A stretch of DNA of 64,000 nt, taken from positions 1,856,001 to 1,920,000 of the forward strand of contig CAWEEQ010000004.1 of assembly GCA_963808235.1 (NCBI GenBank), read 5' to 3'. Source of the stretch: an uncultured delta proteobacterium. Lineage in GTDB: Bacteria; Desulfobacterota; Binatia; Binatales; Binataceae. The first letter of the stretch is position 1. Each line of letters begins with the position of its first letter. Shown here piece after piece: positions 50,752 through 60,876 of the stretch. The notes under the pieces were generated by a model. The model had not been told where the DNA came from, made no database searches, and worked only from the letters and a program-made list of their open reading frames with translations. Made by a program: the position numbers and the translations under genes.

Positions 50752-51340
50752 TGGCGACAAAGCTCCTGACTTTAGCGTGATCCTTGATCCCCGGCGACGA
50801 CTCGACTCCGCTGGCGCAATCGACGCCATATGGTAATAGAGCGGCGACCTCGCCGACATTATCGGGCGTGAGGCCGCCCGCGACGAAAAGGCGGCTCGTG
50901 TCGAGACTGCGCAACTGCGCGAGCGAGATGCGGCATCCGGTTCCGCCGTAAAGTTGCGAATCGAAGGAATCGACGAGGACAAAATCCGCGCCGCGCATCC
51001 CGACCCGGCCCGTCTCGCCAATCTTCAATCGGTAGGCCGCGATCACTGGCACCGGCCATCCGGTGAGCATCGAATCGTCCTCGTCGCCGGAGAATTGGAT
51101 CAGGTCGAGGCTGAGCGCGCGGCGCCGCTCATCCACATATTCGCGCGCGGCGTTCACAAACACGCCGACGACCTTGACGCGCGCTCCGATTGCGTCGCGC
51201 ACGACGCGGGCGCGGTCGATCGACAGATAGCGCGGACTTGGCTCGAAGAAGTTCAGGCCAATCAGGTCGGCGCCCGCGTCTATCGAGGCGCGCGCGTCAT
51301 CGGCGCGAGTGACGCCGCATATTTTGACCATGACCGTCAC
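50732..51340 (-). CDS. trpF: Phosphoribosylanthranilate isomerase
   Basis: [38 protein letters not shown]. Confidence 0.95.
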   Translation of the reverse strand: MTVMVKICGVTRADDARASIDAGADLIGLNFFEPSPRYLSIDRARVVRDAIGARVKVVGVFVNAAREYVDERRRALSLDLIQFSGDEDDSMLTGWPVPVIAAYRLKIGETGRVGMRGADFVLVDSFDSQLYGGTGCRISLAQLRSLDTSRLFVAGGLTPDNVGEVAALLPYGVDCASGVESSPGIKDHAKVRSFVANAKRTR

Positions 51341-52143
51341 TTTGATTTGCTCGACGCGCCACCCTCGAACGCGTTTATCAGTTCGCTGAGTCTTGCTCCT
51401 GGAGCCGCTGTGCGCAGCAGACTCTCGCCAATCAGAAATGCACCCGCGCCAGACGCATCGAGCCGGCGCATGTCGCCGGCGGAATCAATTCCGCTCTCGG
51501 TAACGATCAGCGCCTCACCTTTGTAGCCATCGAGAAGGCGCTCGGTCACCGCGATGTCGGTTTTGAAAGTATGCAAATCGCGATTGTTGATGCCGATAAG
51601 TCCGGTGGCGATTTTTTCGGCGATTTGAAATTCGCTTTCGTTATGCGATTCGACCAAGGTCGCCATCTTGAGTTCGCGCGCCAGCGCTGCCAGCGAGCGG
51701 AGCTGGCCTTCTTTCAGCATCGCAACGATCAGCAAAATACAGTCCGCACCCGCCGCACGCGCTTCATACACCTGGTACGGATCGAAAATGAAATCCTTGC
51801 GCAGAATCGGGAGATCGACGGCGGCGCGGACCGCGCGCAAATCGTCGAGTGAACCCTTGAAGTGTTTGTCGGTCAACACCGAAATCGCCGCGGCGCCCGC
51901 CTTTGAATATTCAGCGGCCACGGACGCGGGATCGAGCCCGTGGAAAATGTCGCCCTTGCTCGGCGACGCGCGTTTGATCTCAGCAATGATCGCGGGCCGG
52001 CGCGAGCGGATCGCCCCAATAAAATCCTTCGGCTTCGGCGCGCGGCCTGCCGCGGCGACGATCGCAATCGGCGAGATCGCTTCGCGCTGGGCCCGCAGTT
52101 CGACGCGCTTGGCGGCGTAGATATCGTCGAGAATCGAGTTCAT
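51337..52143 (-). CDS. trpC: Indole-3-glycerol phosphate synthase
   Basis: IAEIKRASPSKG, LRKDFI, GINNRDL, ESGI, LIGESL. Confidence 0.96.
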   Translation of the reverse strand: MNSILDDIYAAKRVELRAQREAISPIAIVAAAGRAPKPKDFIGAIRSRRPAIIAEIKRASPSKGDIFHGLDPASVAAEYSKAGAAAISVLTDKHFKGSLDDLRAVRAAVDLPILRKDFIFDPYQVYEARAAGADCILLIVAMLKEGQLRSLAALARELKMATLVESHNESEFQIAEKIATGLIGINNRDLHTFKTDIAVTERLLDGYKGEALIVTESGIDSAGDMRRLDASGAGAFLIGESLLRTAAPGARLSELINAFEGGASSKSK

Positions 52144-53162
52144 TTCAGTCCATTGCTGGCGCGCCGTATTTTTTCGATTACTTCGAGTGCCCTGCGCGAC
52201 GCGATTATCGCGCGAGCCGTATCGACGCCTTCTTTCAGCGAGTCCGCTTTGCCGCCGATGTAGATAGCGGCGCCGCCGTTGAGCGCGAGCACATCTTGCG
52301 CCGGCCCCATGCCGCCATCAAGCGCGCTCCGCAGCATCCGCACCGCGTCGTCGAGGTTGCTAATCATCAGCGCGCGTCGATCGCCGCGCTTCACTCCGAG
52401 ACTCTCAGGCGTGACGTGGTACTCGCGCAATTCACCGTCGGCGCGAAGCTCCGCAACCATCGTGGGTCCGCTTATCGATATCTCGTCGATTCCGTCCGCG
52501 CCGCGCACGACCATCGCGCGTCGCGTGCCCAGCGCCTTGAGCGCACGCGCCATCGGCCTTATCAAATTGTCTTCGGCAACTCCGAGCAGATGATATCGAG
52601 GGCGGGCCGGGTTGCCGATTGGGCCCATCAGGTTGAAGATCGTGCGGATTTTGAGTTCACGCCGGAGCGGAGCGAGCCGTGCGAAGCCCGGATGATACGC
52701 GGGCGCGAAGACGAGACAGCATCCCGCGGCGTCGAGGCATCGCTCGAGTCCCTCGTAATCGCAATCGACTTTGACTCCGAGCGCTTCGAGCACGTCGGCA
52801 GTTCCGACTTTTCCGCTGATCGCGCGATTGCCGTGCTTGGCGACCGGCACACCGGCGGCAGCCGCGATCAGCGCCGCGCCAGTGGAAATGTTGAAAGTAT
52901 CGGCACCGTCGCCGCCGGTTCCGCAGGTGTCGAGCACCTCGCGATCGCGCAAATTCAGCAGACGCGCGCGACTGAGCATTGCGCGCACGCCGCCCGCCAA
53001 CTCTTCGGCCTCGGCAGTTTTGATCTTCAGCGCGACCAGGAACGCGCCGACGACTGAATCGGGCGCACCGTCCATCACTTCGCCGATCGCGGCTTCAGCC
53101 TCGGCGTCGGTGAGTGAGCGCCCGTCGAGGAGCGTTACCAGTGCGTCGTGAAGTGCATTCAT
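52140..53162 (-). CDS. trpD: Anthranilate phosphoribosyltransferase
   Basis: DTCGTGGDG..TFNIST, AKHGNR, RTIFNLMGP, DEIS. Confidence 0.96.
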   Translation of the reverse strand: MNALHDALVTLLDGRSLTDAEAEAAIGEVMDGAPDSVVGAFLVALKIKTAEAEELAGGVRAMLSRARLLNLRDREVLDTCGTGGDGADTFNISTGAALIAAAAGVPVAKHGNRAISGKVGTADVLEALGVKVDCDYEGLERCLDAAGCCLVFAPAYHPGFARLAPLRRELKIRTIFNLMGPIGNPARPRYHLLGVAEDNLIRPMARALKALGTRRAMVVRGADGIDEISISGPTMVAELRADGELREYHVTPESLGVKRGDRRALMISNLDDAVRMLRSALDGGMGPAQDVLALNGGAAIYIGGKADSLKEGVDTARAIIASRRALEVIEKIRRASNGLK

Positions 53163-53764
53163 TACGCGTTTCCGTTCCGATCGACTCGGTCGAGAAAGTT
53201 TTTCAGCAGATGCTTTCCTTCGCCGGTCAGGATCGATTCGGGATGAAACTGAACGCCTTCGACCGCGAGTTCCTTGTGTCGAAGGCCCATGATTTCGTTT
53301 TCGGCGGTGCGCGCGCTGACTTCGAGCGTCGGCGGTATCGACGCGGGATCGACAATCAGCGAATGATACCGCATCGCGTCGAAGGGACTCGGCAAGCTGG
53401 CAAAAATCGTCTTGCCATCGTGAATCACCGGCGAAGTCTTGCCATGCATCAGTCGCGTCGCGCGCACTACTTTTCCGCCGAACGCCTCACCGATGCACTG
53501 ATGGCCCAAACATACGCCGAGAATCGGCACCTCGCCCGCCATCTCGCGCAGAATCTTGAGCGAGATTCCCGCTTCGGCGGGCGTGCAGGGTCCCGGCGAG
53601 ATCACGATTGCGCGCGGCCGGAGAGTGCGCACGCCCGCGATATCGATCGCGTCGTTGCGCTTCACGGTGACGTCGGCGCCGAGTTCGCCCAAGTATTGCA
53701 CGAGGTTGTAGGTAAACGAATCGTAGTTATCGATCATCAGCAACCGAACTGGTTTCTTTTGCAT
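53162..53764 (-). CDS. trpG: Anthranilate synthase component II (glutamine amidotransferase)
   Basis: [34 protein letters not shown]. Confidence 0.95.
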   Translation of the reverse strand: MQKKPVRLLMIDNYDSFTYNLVQYLGELGADVTVKRNDAIDIAGVRTLRPRAIVISPGPCTPAEAGISLKILREMAGEVPILGVCLGHQCIGEAFGGKVVRATRLMHGKTSPVIHDGKTIFASLPSPFDAMRYHSLIVDPASIPPTLEVSARTAENEIMGLRHKELAVEGVQFHPESILTGEGKHLLKNFLDRVDRNGNA

Positions 53765-53770
53765 CGCGGT

Positions 53771-55276
53771 TTACCTTTTCGCCGCCGCTTCGAAATCGCG
53801 CGCGGCTTGGAGAGCGCGGACCATCGCGCGCGCTTTGTTAACAGACTCTTCGAATTCCGCGCCGGGATCGGAATCCGCGACGACTCCTCCGCCCGCCTGG
53901 ATATAGACGCGGTTGTTCTTGATCAGCAGCGTGCGCAGCGCGATCGCAGTGTCGGTGTTGCCGGTGAAGCTGAAGTAACCGACCGCGCCGGCGTAGACGC
54001 CGCGCCGCACCGTCTCCAACTCGTCGATAATTTCCATCGCGCGAATTTTCGGCGCGCCCGAGACCGTACCCTGCGGAAAGGTCGCCGCGAATGCGTCAAA
54101 CGCGTCGCAGTCCGGGCGCAGCACGCCGGTCACGTTCGACACGATATGCATTACGTGCGAATAGCGCTCGACGACCATCAGCTCGGTAACCTTCACCGAT
54201 CCGATTTCGGAGACCCGGCCAACGTCGTTGCGGCCGAGATCGACAAGCATGACGTGCTCGGCGCGCTCCTTCGGATCGGCGAGCAGTTCCTGCTCAAGTT
54301 CGCGATCTTCGGCCTCGGTCACCCCGCGCCTTCGCGTTCCCGCGATCGGTCGAAGCGTAATCTCGCGCCCTTCGACCCGGACCATCACCTCAGGCGACGC
54401 TCCGACCAGCGTGTGATCGCCCAGGCGCAGGTAGAACATGTAGGGCGACGGGTTAATCGTGCGCAGGCTGCGATAAATGTTAAACGGATGCGCCGTGAGC
54501 GGCGCTTCGAAGCGCTGTGAAGGGACGACCTGGATGACGTCGCCAGCCGCGATATATTCCTTCGCCGCCGAAACCATCGCCATGTAACCTTCGCGGGTCT
54601 GATTCGAGGTGATCGTGGTGTCGTTGACCACCGCGTTAGTCCCGCCTTCCAGAAAAGGCGGCACCGCCGGGCGTTTCAGGCGCTCGATTATCTCGTCGAT
54701 TTTCACTCGCGCACTTTGATACGCGGTGTGCACCGACGCGAATTCCTCGACCGGCACGTTGGCGATTATCTTGAGGGTTTGGCGCACGTTGTCGAAGCAC
54801 AGCACCGTGTCCGTAAACATCAGATGGAAGTCGGGGGTGCCGAGATCGTCGTGCGCGGTTTCGGGAATCTTCTCGAAGCATCGCACGATATCGTAAGCGA
54901 GAAATCCAACCGCGCCGCCGAAGAATCGGGGCAGGTTCGGCAGCTCCGGGGTGCGAAATCGCTTGACCTCGGCGCGCAACTCATCGAACGAGTTGGCGAC
55001 CGAGCGCACTTCAACGCCGCGGCCGGGCCGGATAATGTCCATCCGGTTTTTTCGTGCGCGCATCACGACCGACGGCTCCGATCCAAGAAACGTATAACGC
55101 CCCCACTTCTCGCCGCCGCGCACGCTCTCGAGCAGGAAGGAGTAGTCGTCGCGCGCGATCTTCAGAAAGGCGGAGACCGGAGTCTCGAGATCGGCGGCAA
55201 CTTCCTCGAAGACCGGGATCAGGTTGAATCCCTGCGCCGCCAGTTGTTCGAATTCGCGTTCACTCGGTTGCAGCAT
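53771..55276 (-). CDS. trpE: Anthranilate synthase component I
   Basis: FLLESV..GE.WGRY, NPSPYM, PIAGTR, EHVMLVDLGRND, SGAPKIRA. Confidence 0.96.
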   Translation of the reverse strand: MLQPSEREFEQLAAQGFNLIPVFEEVAADLETPVSAFLKIARDDYSFLLESVRGGEKWGRYTFLGSEPSVVMRARKNRMDIIRPGRGVEVRSVANSFDELRAEVKRFRTPELPNLPRFFGGAVGFLAYDIVRCFEKIPETAHDDLGTPDFHLMFTDTVLCFDNVRQTLKIIANVPVEEFASVHTAYQSARVKIDEIIERLKRPAVPPFLEGGTNAVVNDTTITSNQTREGYMAMVSAAKEYIAAGDVIQVVPSQRFEAPLTAHPFNIYRSLRTINPSPYMFYLRLGDHTLVGASPEVMVRVEGREITLRPIAGTRRRGVTEAEDRELEQELLADPKERAEHVMLVDLGRNDVGRVSEIGSVKVTELMVVERYSHVMHIVSNVTGVLRPDCDAFDAFAATFPQGTVSGAPKIRAMEIIDELETVRRGVYAGAVGYFSFTGNTDTAIALRTLLIKNNRVYIQAGGGVVADSDPGAEFEESVNKARAMVRALQAARDFEAAAKR

Positions 55277-55352
55277 GTCAGTCTCTCACTCCGAAGAAGT
55301 CGGTTTCTCTCTCGATACCCATCACTTCGACCAAGCCTGCTTCAATTCCCTC

Positions 55353-55392
55353 AAAAGAAAGAAAAGGGCCGCAGGTGTTGCCTGCGGCCCTT
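55353..55392 (-). terminator. trp attenuator terminator
   Basis: On the minus strand: AAGGGCCGCAGG-CAACA-CCTGCGGCCCTT followed by TTCTTTCTTTT. Confidence 0.9.
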
Positions 55393-55415
55393 CAGAAATC
55401 GGTTTTGCGATGAAT

Positions 55416-55496
55416 TTACAAAGCCGGCGCGCAGGCGGGTGCATCAAGGTGCCAACGCCACCATCCCGCGCAAACATTTCGGCTCTTCAATTCCAT
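55416..55496 (-). CDS. trpL: trp operon leader peptide (26 aa, MELKSRNVCAGWWRWHLDAPACAPAL)
   Basis: Hand translation shows WWRW control codons. GCCTGCG in the leader can pair with CGCAGGC of the terminator 5' arm (antiterminator). Confidence 0.88.
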   Translation of the reverse strand: MELKSRNVCAGWWRWHLDAPACAPAL

Positions 55497-55503
55497 CGTT
55501 GAA

Positions 55504-55535
55504 TTAATAATCCACACGTGACGACAGCTTGTCAA
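55504..55535 (-). promoter_or_regulatory. Putative sigma70 promoter of the trp operon
   Basis: Perfect TTGACA (55535-55530), then a 17-nt spacer and the AT-rich GATTATTAA. Confidence 0.6.
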
Positions 55536-55555
55536 TGCAGGCGCCGGGCCCTGCC

Positions 55556-56200
55556 TCAATGCGAGGTCGTATACGCCTGCCTGTATTGCTGGCGAAGTTT
55601 TTCCTGAGCAGCCGCTGCCTCTTGCGCAGAACCGTAGGGTCCCACGCGGACGCGATACCAGGTTTGCCCGCTGAGCGTCGTCGGCATTTCCTGCGCGTTG
55701 TAGCCGAGCTTCCCCAGCCGCGAGACCATCTCATCGGCGCCGCTCTTGTCCATCACGGCTTCGATTTGAATATTGAACGGATGGCGCATTGGCGCTGGCG
55801 CGGCAACGGCTGGACTCGTAGCCGGCGTGGAGTCGGCCTCTTCTTCCTCGGGCGCGGCGTCTGACGCCGATGGATTCGACGATGTCGCGGGCGCGGGAGG
55901 TTTAAGGCGCGCGACGGTGGCTGGCGCCGGGCGCAACGGCGGCGGCATCGCCGCGACGCGAGGTGGAGCGGTCGAGGACGCGCCCGCCGGTGGAGACATC
56001 TCGGCTATCGGGGCAGGCTTCGATTCGTCGGTCGGAGCACTCGGCAGAGGATACGTGGTCGAAGTTTGACTCACGTCGGGCTGGTTCTGGCGGGCCATCT
56101 GGTAACCGGCGACCAGGCCGAGCGCAAACACAGCGCCCGACAGGCCGATCAGAGCGACCAGGATTAGAAACGCGCCGCCGGTTCTGATTTCGAATCGCAT
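55556..56200 (-). CDS. SPOR-domain cell division protein (FtsN/DedD-like)
   Basis: N-terminal TM helix, Pro/Ala linker, WYRVRVGPY; located downstream of argS. Confidence 0.88.
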   Translation of the reverse strand: MRFEIRTGGAFLILVALIGLSGAVFALGLVAGYQMARQNQPDVSQTSTTYPLPSAPTDESKPAPIAEMSPPAGASSTAPPRVAAMPPPLRPAPATVARLKPPAPATSSNPSASDAAPEEEEADSTPATSPAVAAPAPMRHPFNIQIEAVMDKSGADEMVSRLGKLGYNAQEMPTTLSGQTWYRVRVGPYGSAQEAAAAQEKLRQQYRQAYTTSH

Positions 56201-56210
56201 CTGCCCGCCC

Positions 56211-57887
56211 TCACATCCGCTCTGGTGCGCTAACGCCCAGCAATTCCAGTCCGCCGCCGATCGCCGACTTCAGAATTTCCGCCATAAACATTCGGGCCAC
56301 GCTCAATTCCCGATCCGGCCCGATTATACGGTTAGTTGGCTTGTTGTAGTAGCGATGGAACTCGCCGGCAAGCTCGAGCAGATAAAATGGTATCCGATGG
56401 GGTTCGAGCGCCTCCGCCGCCGCGGTCATCACCTGTGGAAGTCCGACCGCGCGCTTGGCGAGATCGAGTTCTTCGGCATCGAGCAGGTTGAGATCGATCT
56501 TTGAGGTATCTTCAGGCAAGCGAAGCCCTACTTTATCGCCCTCGCGAAAAATACTGGCCAGGCGCGCGTGCGCGTACTGGACGTAGAACACCGGATTTTC
56601 GGGCGCCTGCTTTTTGGCGAGCTCGAGATCGAAATCAAGCTGACTGTCCGACTTGCGGAACAGAAAAAAGAATCGCACCACATCGACGCCGACTTCGTCG
56701 ATGAGCTCGTCGAGCGTCACGTAAGTCGCCTTGCGGGTGGACATCTTGACCTTCTCGCCGCCGCGCGTGAGCGTGACGAACTGATAGATGATCGCGCGAA
56801 TCGGCGTAGTGTCGTAGCCGAGCGCTTTTACCGCGGCAACGACCTGCTGATGCTCTCCGATATGATCCGATCCAAATACGTCGACGATCAAGTCGAACCC
56901 GCGCTTGAGCTTCTCGATATGGTACGCGATGTCGGGCGTGCGATAGGTTGGCTGCCGATCGGGGCCGGAGCGCACCAGGACCGCGTCCTTCGGCAATCCT
57001 AGCGGCTCGCCGCGGAGCCACAGCGCGCCATCTTTTTCGACCACCAGATCACGCTTGCGAAGCTCGTCGAGGACCGCGTCGACCAGTCCCGCGTTCAGAA
57101 GATCCAGTTCGTTGGTGTAGACGTCGAAGCGGACTCGCAGGCGCTCGCACGTCTGCTTGATCTCGCCCATGATGGCTTCCACAGCGGCCGTGCGGAATAT
57201 GTCGAGCTCAGTGACATTGACCAGCTTGTCGCCCCGCTCGACCTTCAACGCTCGTGCGATATCGCGAATATATTCGCCCTGGTAACCGTCGGGCGGAAAC
57301 TCGATCTCGATCCCATGCTCATGCAGGTAGCGGACGCGGACCGACTCGCCGAGCAGTTTCATCTGACGCCCGCCGTCGTTGAAGTAGTACTCGCGAGTCA
57401 CGTCGAATCCGGCCGCTTCGTACAATCGCGCGATCGCGTCACCGAGCACGGCGTTGCGGCCATGGCCGACGGTGACGGGACCGGTAGGATTCGCGGAAAG
57501 AAATTCGACCTGCACCTTGCGCCCAGCACCCGGCCTAATCTCCCACGCGGCGGGCTTCCAAAATGTCTTCCCCGCGTTTGCCGCGCGCCGCATTTCGGAA
57601 TGCCAGTACTCGGGCGCCATCCTGAAATTGATAAATCCCGGCCCCGCGACTGTGACTTCGCTCACCTGGACCGGCAGCACGATCTGTTTTTGGATAATCT
57701 CCGCAATGGCGCGTGGCGATTTGCGCTCCGGCTTCGCGATCGCGAGCGCAACATTCGATGCCACGTCGCCATGCGCCGGGTCGCGCGGAGCTTCAACGCC
57801 TATCGATGGAGCCGTGGAAACAAGCTCGCCCGCAGCGCGAGCCCGCTCGATTGCAGCGCTAATAATTGAAACGATCAGATCTTTCAT
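56211..57887 (-). CDS. argS: Arginine--tRNA ligase
   Basis: HGDVASN, AGPGFINF, SANPTGPVTVGHGR, KMSTRK, NPVFYVQYAHAR, LGVSAPERM. Confidence 0.97.
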   Translation of the reverse strand: MKDLIVSIISAAIERARAAGELVSTAPSIGVEAPRDPAHGDVASNVALAIAKPERKSPRAIAEIIQKQIVLPVQVSEVTVAGPGFINFRMAPEYWHSEMRRAANAGKTFWKPAAWEIRPGAGRKVQVEFLSANPTGPVTVGHGRNAVLGDAIARLYEAAGFDVTREYYFNDGGRQMKLLGESVRVRYLHEHGIEIEFPPDGYQGEYIRDIARALKVERGDKLVNVTELDIFRTAAVEAIMGEIKQTCERLRVRFDVYTNELDLLNAGLVDAVLDELRKRDLVVEKDGALWLRGEPLGLPKDAVLVRSGPDRQPTYRTPDIAYHIEKLKRGFDLIVDVFGSDHIGEHQQVVAAVKALGYDTTPIRAIIYQFVTLTRGGEKVKMSTRKATYVTLDELIDEVGVDVVRFFFLFRKSDSQLDFDLELAKKQAPENPVFYVQYAHARLASIFREGDKVGLRLPEDTSKIDLNLLDAEELDLAKRAVGLPQVMTAAAEALEPHRIPFYLLELAGEFHRYYNKPTNRIIGPDRELSVARMFMAEILKSAIGGGLELLGVSAPERM

Positions 57888-58008
57888 TTGTGATGCGGTG
57901 AATTGGCCCTGCAATGGTGTCAGATAGACGCCGCGATGTTAAGGCACGCGCCGCGGCTTGACCCTCCTCGCGTGGCGGTGCGAACCTCCGGGCTGGAGGC
58001 GCGATGCG

Positions 58009-58795
58009 ATGGATTTGGGACTCGGCGGCAAGGTCGCGATTGTAACCGGCGGCAGCAAGGGAATCGGGCGCGCGACGGCGATCGCCTTCGTCGAAGAAGG
58101 CGCCTCGGTGATGCTGTGTGCGCGCGGAAAAGAGGCGCTCGATGAAACCGCCGCGCTCGCATCGACGCGCGGGAAATCGGGCGACCGCGTCGAAGCAGTG
58201 CAGGCCGACCTCGGCAAGCCAGATGATTTGAAGCGGGTGGTCAAGCGATGCGTCGAGGCATTCGGCAAAATCGACATCCTCGTCAACAACGCGGGCAGCG
58301 CCCGGCCCGGAGATTTTCAGAAACTTACCGACGACGAATGGCTCGCGGACTGGAATCTCAAATTTTTCGGCTACGTGCGGATGGCGCGCGAGGTGCTCGC
58401 GCAGATGCGGGTTCAGGGGCACGGCGTCATCGTGAATGTGATCGGCACCGGCGGACTGATCCCGACCGGCGGTTACATGATCGGTGGCTCCGCAAACGCC
58501 GCGCTCAACCATTTCACCAAGGCGCTGGCGAACGAGGGTTCGAAGCACGGCGTGCGCGTGGTCGGAGTAAATCCGGGCCCGATTCTTACCGAGCGGCTAC
58601 TCTCGATGATGAAGCAGCGAGCGGCAGGCCGCGATCTCAGCGACGTGCTCAAGAGAAGCACCCCGCTCGGAACGTCCGGGCCGTCCCGAGGAGGTCGCCG
58701 ACCTGGTGATGTTCCTGGCATCCGAGCGCGCATCGTTCATTCATGGCGCGAACATCACGATCGACGGCGGCGCCAACCCAGGTCTAATCGGCTAG
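58009..58795 (+). CDS. Short-chain dehydrogenase/reductase, 1-nt frameshift near 58672
   Basis: [19 protein letters not shown]; the C-terminal [29 protein letters not shown] is in a shifted frame. Confidence 0.9.
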
Positions 58796-58807
58796 GGAGC
58801 GGCCCCC

Positions 58808-59257
58808 CTACTCTTTTTTCTTGAGCTGCGCCGGACCGCTCGCGAGAGTTGGATAGCCCGAGCCCAACTGGATCAGCACTCCGTGCGCGGCGCGCGGCGA
58901 GATGAACGCCTCGTAGGACGTCGGCGACCACTCGGTCTCATCGACGATGCGCACGCCTTGCTCTTTCAGCTCGGCGGTTTTGCGCTTTGAGTCGGGCACG
59001 TTGAAGGTCAGGTGATGCATCCCCTCGCCGCGCTTTTCGAGAAACTTGTGCAGGAATGAATTTGCGCCGAGCGGCTCGAGCAGCTCGATCGTCAACCCGT
59101 TGAGGTCGAGTTCCGCGAGTTTGTATCCCGCCGCTTCGTTGGCGCCTTCGGTCATGAAGCTCGCGCCGAGGATGTCTTCGAAAAACTTGCGCGCCTCGGC
59201 GACGCTTTTTACCGCGATCCCGATATGGTCGAGTTTGCCGATTGGTCGATTGGCCAT
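58808..59257 (-). CDS. VOC family protein, methylmalonyl-CoA epimerase-like
   Basis: LDHIGIAV, IELLEP, FLEKRGEGMHHL, GVLIQL. Confidence 0.85.
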   Translation of the reverse strand: MANRPIGKLDHIGIAVKSVAEARKFFEDILGASFMTEGANEAAGYKLAELDLNGLTIELLEPLGANSFLHKFLEKRGEGMHHLTFNVPDSKRKTAELKEQGVRIVDETEWSPTSYEAFISPRAAHGVLIQLGSGYPTLASGPAQLKKKE

Positions 59258-59316
59258 CGCTACTTGCTCCAAAGTTGTTTGACTTGGCTCTCGAATATGA
59301 TCGAATAAGAGCGCGT

Positions 59317-59817
59317 ATGCCAGCGAACGCATGGAAGCTGCCGCCGATCGTTAAAGTGTACGAGGCGCTCGGCGCGATTGGCGATGGCCGCGTCCGAATC
59401 GAGGACGGACGCCGCGCGTTCGTCACTTCGTCCGACGCCGCCAAAACCTACGAGGTGGAAACTTCCGACGACGGCCGCGAAATCGCGTCGAACGACAACG
59501 CGTCGTATTGGCAGGGCTACCTGGGCTATCCGGCGATCGCGGTGTTGCTCGCGCGCGGGTTTTATCGGCCGCCGGCCAACGTGACCGACGCGCTGGCGGG
59601 AGTCGCGTGGAAGGAACTCAATCGCAAGTTCAAAAACGATTACGCAAAGACAATCGCGGAAGTCGAGAAGCAACTCGAGCAGAGCGGGCACGATCCCGAC
59701 GCGGTCCGGTCGGAGGCTGACGCCGTGCTCAGCTTCCTCGGCGCACTCGGACCGGTTCGCGGCAAGCGTACTCGCCCTCCGGCGGAGAAGCCGATCGCAA
59801 AATTACACTCGCGCTAG
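59317..59817 (+). CDS. Conserved hypothetical protein
   Basis: WKLPPIVKVYEALGAIGDGRV...SNDNASYWQGYLGYPAIAVL...WKELN; coherent codon usage. Confidence 0.7.
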   Translation: MPANAWKLPPIVKVYEALGAIGDGRVRIEDGRRAFVTSSDAAKTYEVETSDDGREIASNDNASYWQGYLGYPAIAVLLARGFYRPPANVTDALAGVAWKELNRKFKNDYAKTIAEVEKQLEQSGHDPDAVRSEADAVLSFLGALGPVRGKRTRPPAEKPIAKLHSR

Positions 59818-59835
59818 CGTAAAGACCGTGCCTTG

Positions 59836-60144
59836 CTAACTGCAGGTGCCGCTCACCGACACGGTGTAGTACTGCACGATAAGAAAATCGCGCATGTTCA
59901 GTTCAGTTGCGACTCCCGACACTTTCCCGGTGGCGCAATTGCCAAGCAGATTTGCCAATGCGGCTTGAGTGAGCCCGGACGGCGTAACCAGGTACACGTA
60001 TCCGTAGTCGCTCGCGCTGCCGGATATCGACGCGCCTGCGCCGGTGCGATCGGAAATCGCGCTGGATCGGATGAACACGCATCCCGAAGTCGACACGCAT
60101 ATCGCCAGTAGCGACCCGAGCAGGATCGCATTGATTTGTTTCAT
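59836..60144 (-). CDS. Small lipoprotein, hypothetical
   Basis: Lipobox TSGC, two additional Cys residues, GGAGG upstream. Confidence 0.65.
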   Translation of the reverse strand: MKQINAILLGSLLAICVSTSGCVFIRSSAISDRTGAGASISGSASDYGYVYLVTPSGLTQAALANLLGNCATGKVSGVATELNMRDFLIVQYYTVSVSGTCS

Positions 60145-60200
60145 CGTTTGACGAGCCTCCGGTTTCTGAGCCGCACGAATAGTATATCATTGCCAGCGAT

Positions 60201-60833
60201 ATGGCGGACTCGATAACTCCATTTTTTTCCATTTGGACCGAACCGCGCGCGACGATCCGGCGCATCGTGGATTCGGATCCAACCCGCAACGTGCTGGCGC
60301 TGGCGGCGATCGCTCCGGCGCTGAACTCCCTGGTTGGCCAATGGTCTAGCGCGATGAATGGAACCGCCAGCCAATCGGTGCTGTGGCCTCTGTTAGTTGC
60401 GGTCGGCGTCGCGTTTCAAGCGGGATTGGGAATTCTTGGCCTCTACATTTCCGGCGCCGTCATAAGATGGTCGGGCGGCCTGCTCGGCGGCACCGCGAGC
60501 AGCGTGGAGGTGCGCGCCGCTCTCGCATGGGCGCAAATACCTGCGATCGTTACGGAGATCGTTTTGCTGCTCGCACTATTTGCCGGAGTGCCGATGCCCA
60601 AGATGCCGCCCGGGCACTTTCCTCAAATCGATCCGGCGTTCTACAAGGTCATGCCGGTAGTGGCCGTGCTGGGAATCTGGGGCTTCATCGTCGACCTCAA
60701 ATGCATCGGCGAGGTGCATCGATTTTCCGCGTGGCGTGCCTTCGGCGCGATCCTGATACCGGGGCTCGTCTTGATAGCCGTCGTTGGGCTCGGGGTATTC
60801 CTGTTCGCGTCGATCGCAGGCGGGAATCACTAA
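60201..60833 (+). CDS. Yip1-family membrane protein
   Basis: SIWTEPRATIRRI, LGGTAS...RAALAWA.IP, EVHRFSAWRA. Confidence 0.8.
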   Translation: MADSITPFFSIWTEPRATIRRIVDSDPTRNVLALAAIAPALNSLVGQWSSAMNGTASQSVLWPLLVAVGVAFQAGLGILGLYISGAVIRWSGGLLGGTASSVEVRAALAWAQIPAIVTEIVLLLALFAGVPMPKMPPGHFPQIDPAFYKVMPVVAVLGIWGFIVDLKCIGEVHRFSAWRAFGAILIPGLVLIAVVGLGVFLFASIAGGNH

Positions 60834-60876
60834 TGCGACCCGGGCTGAATAGCTGGTCCAATAGCAAGTCGAATAG

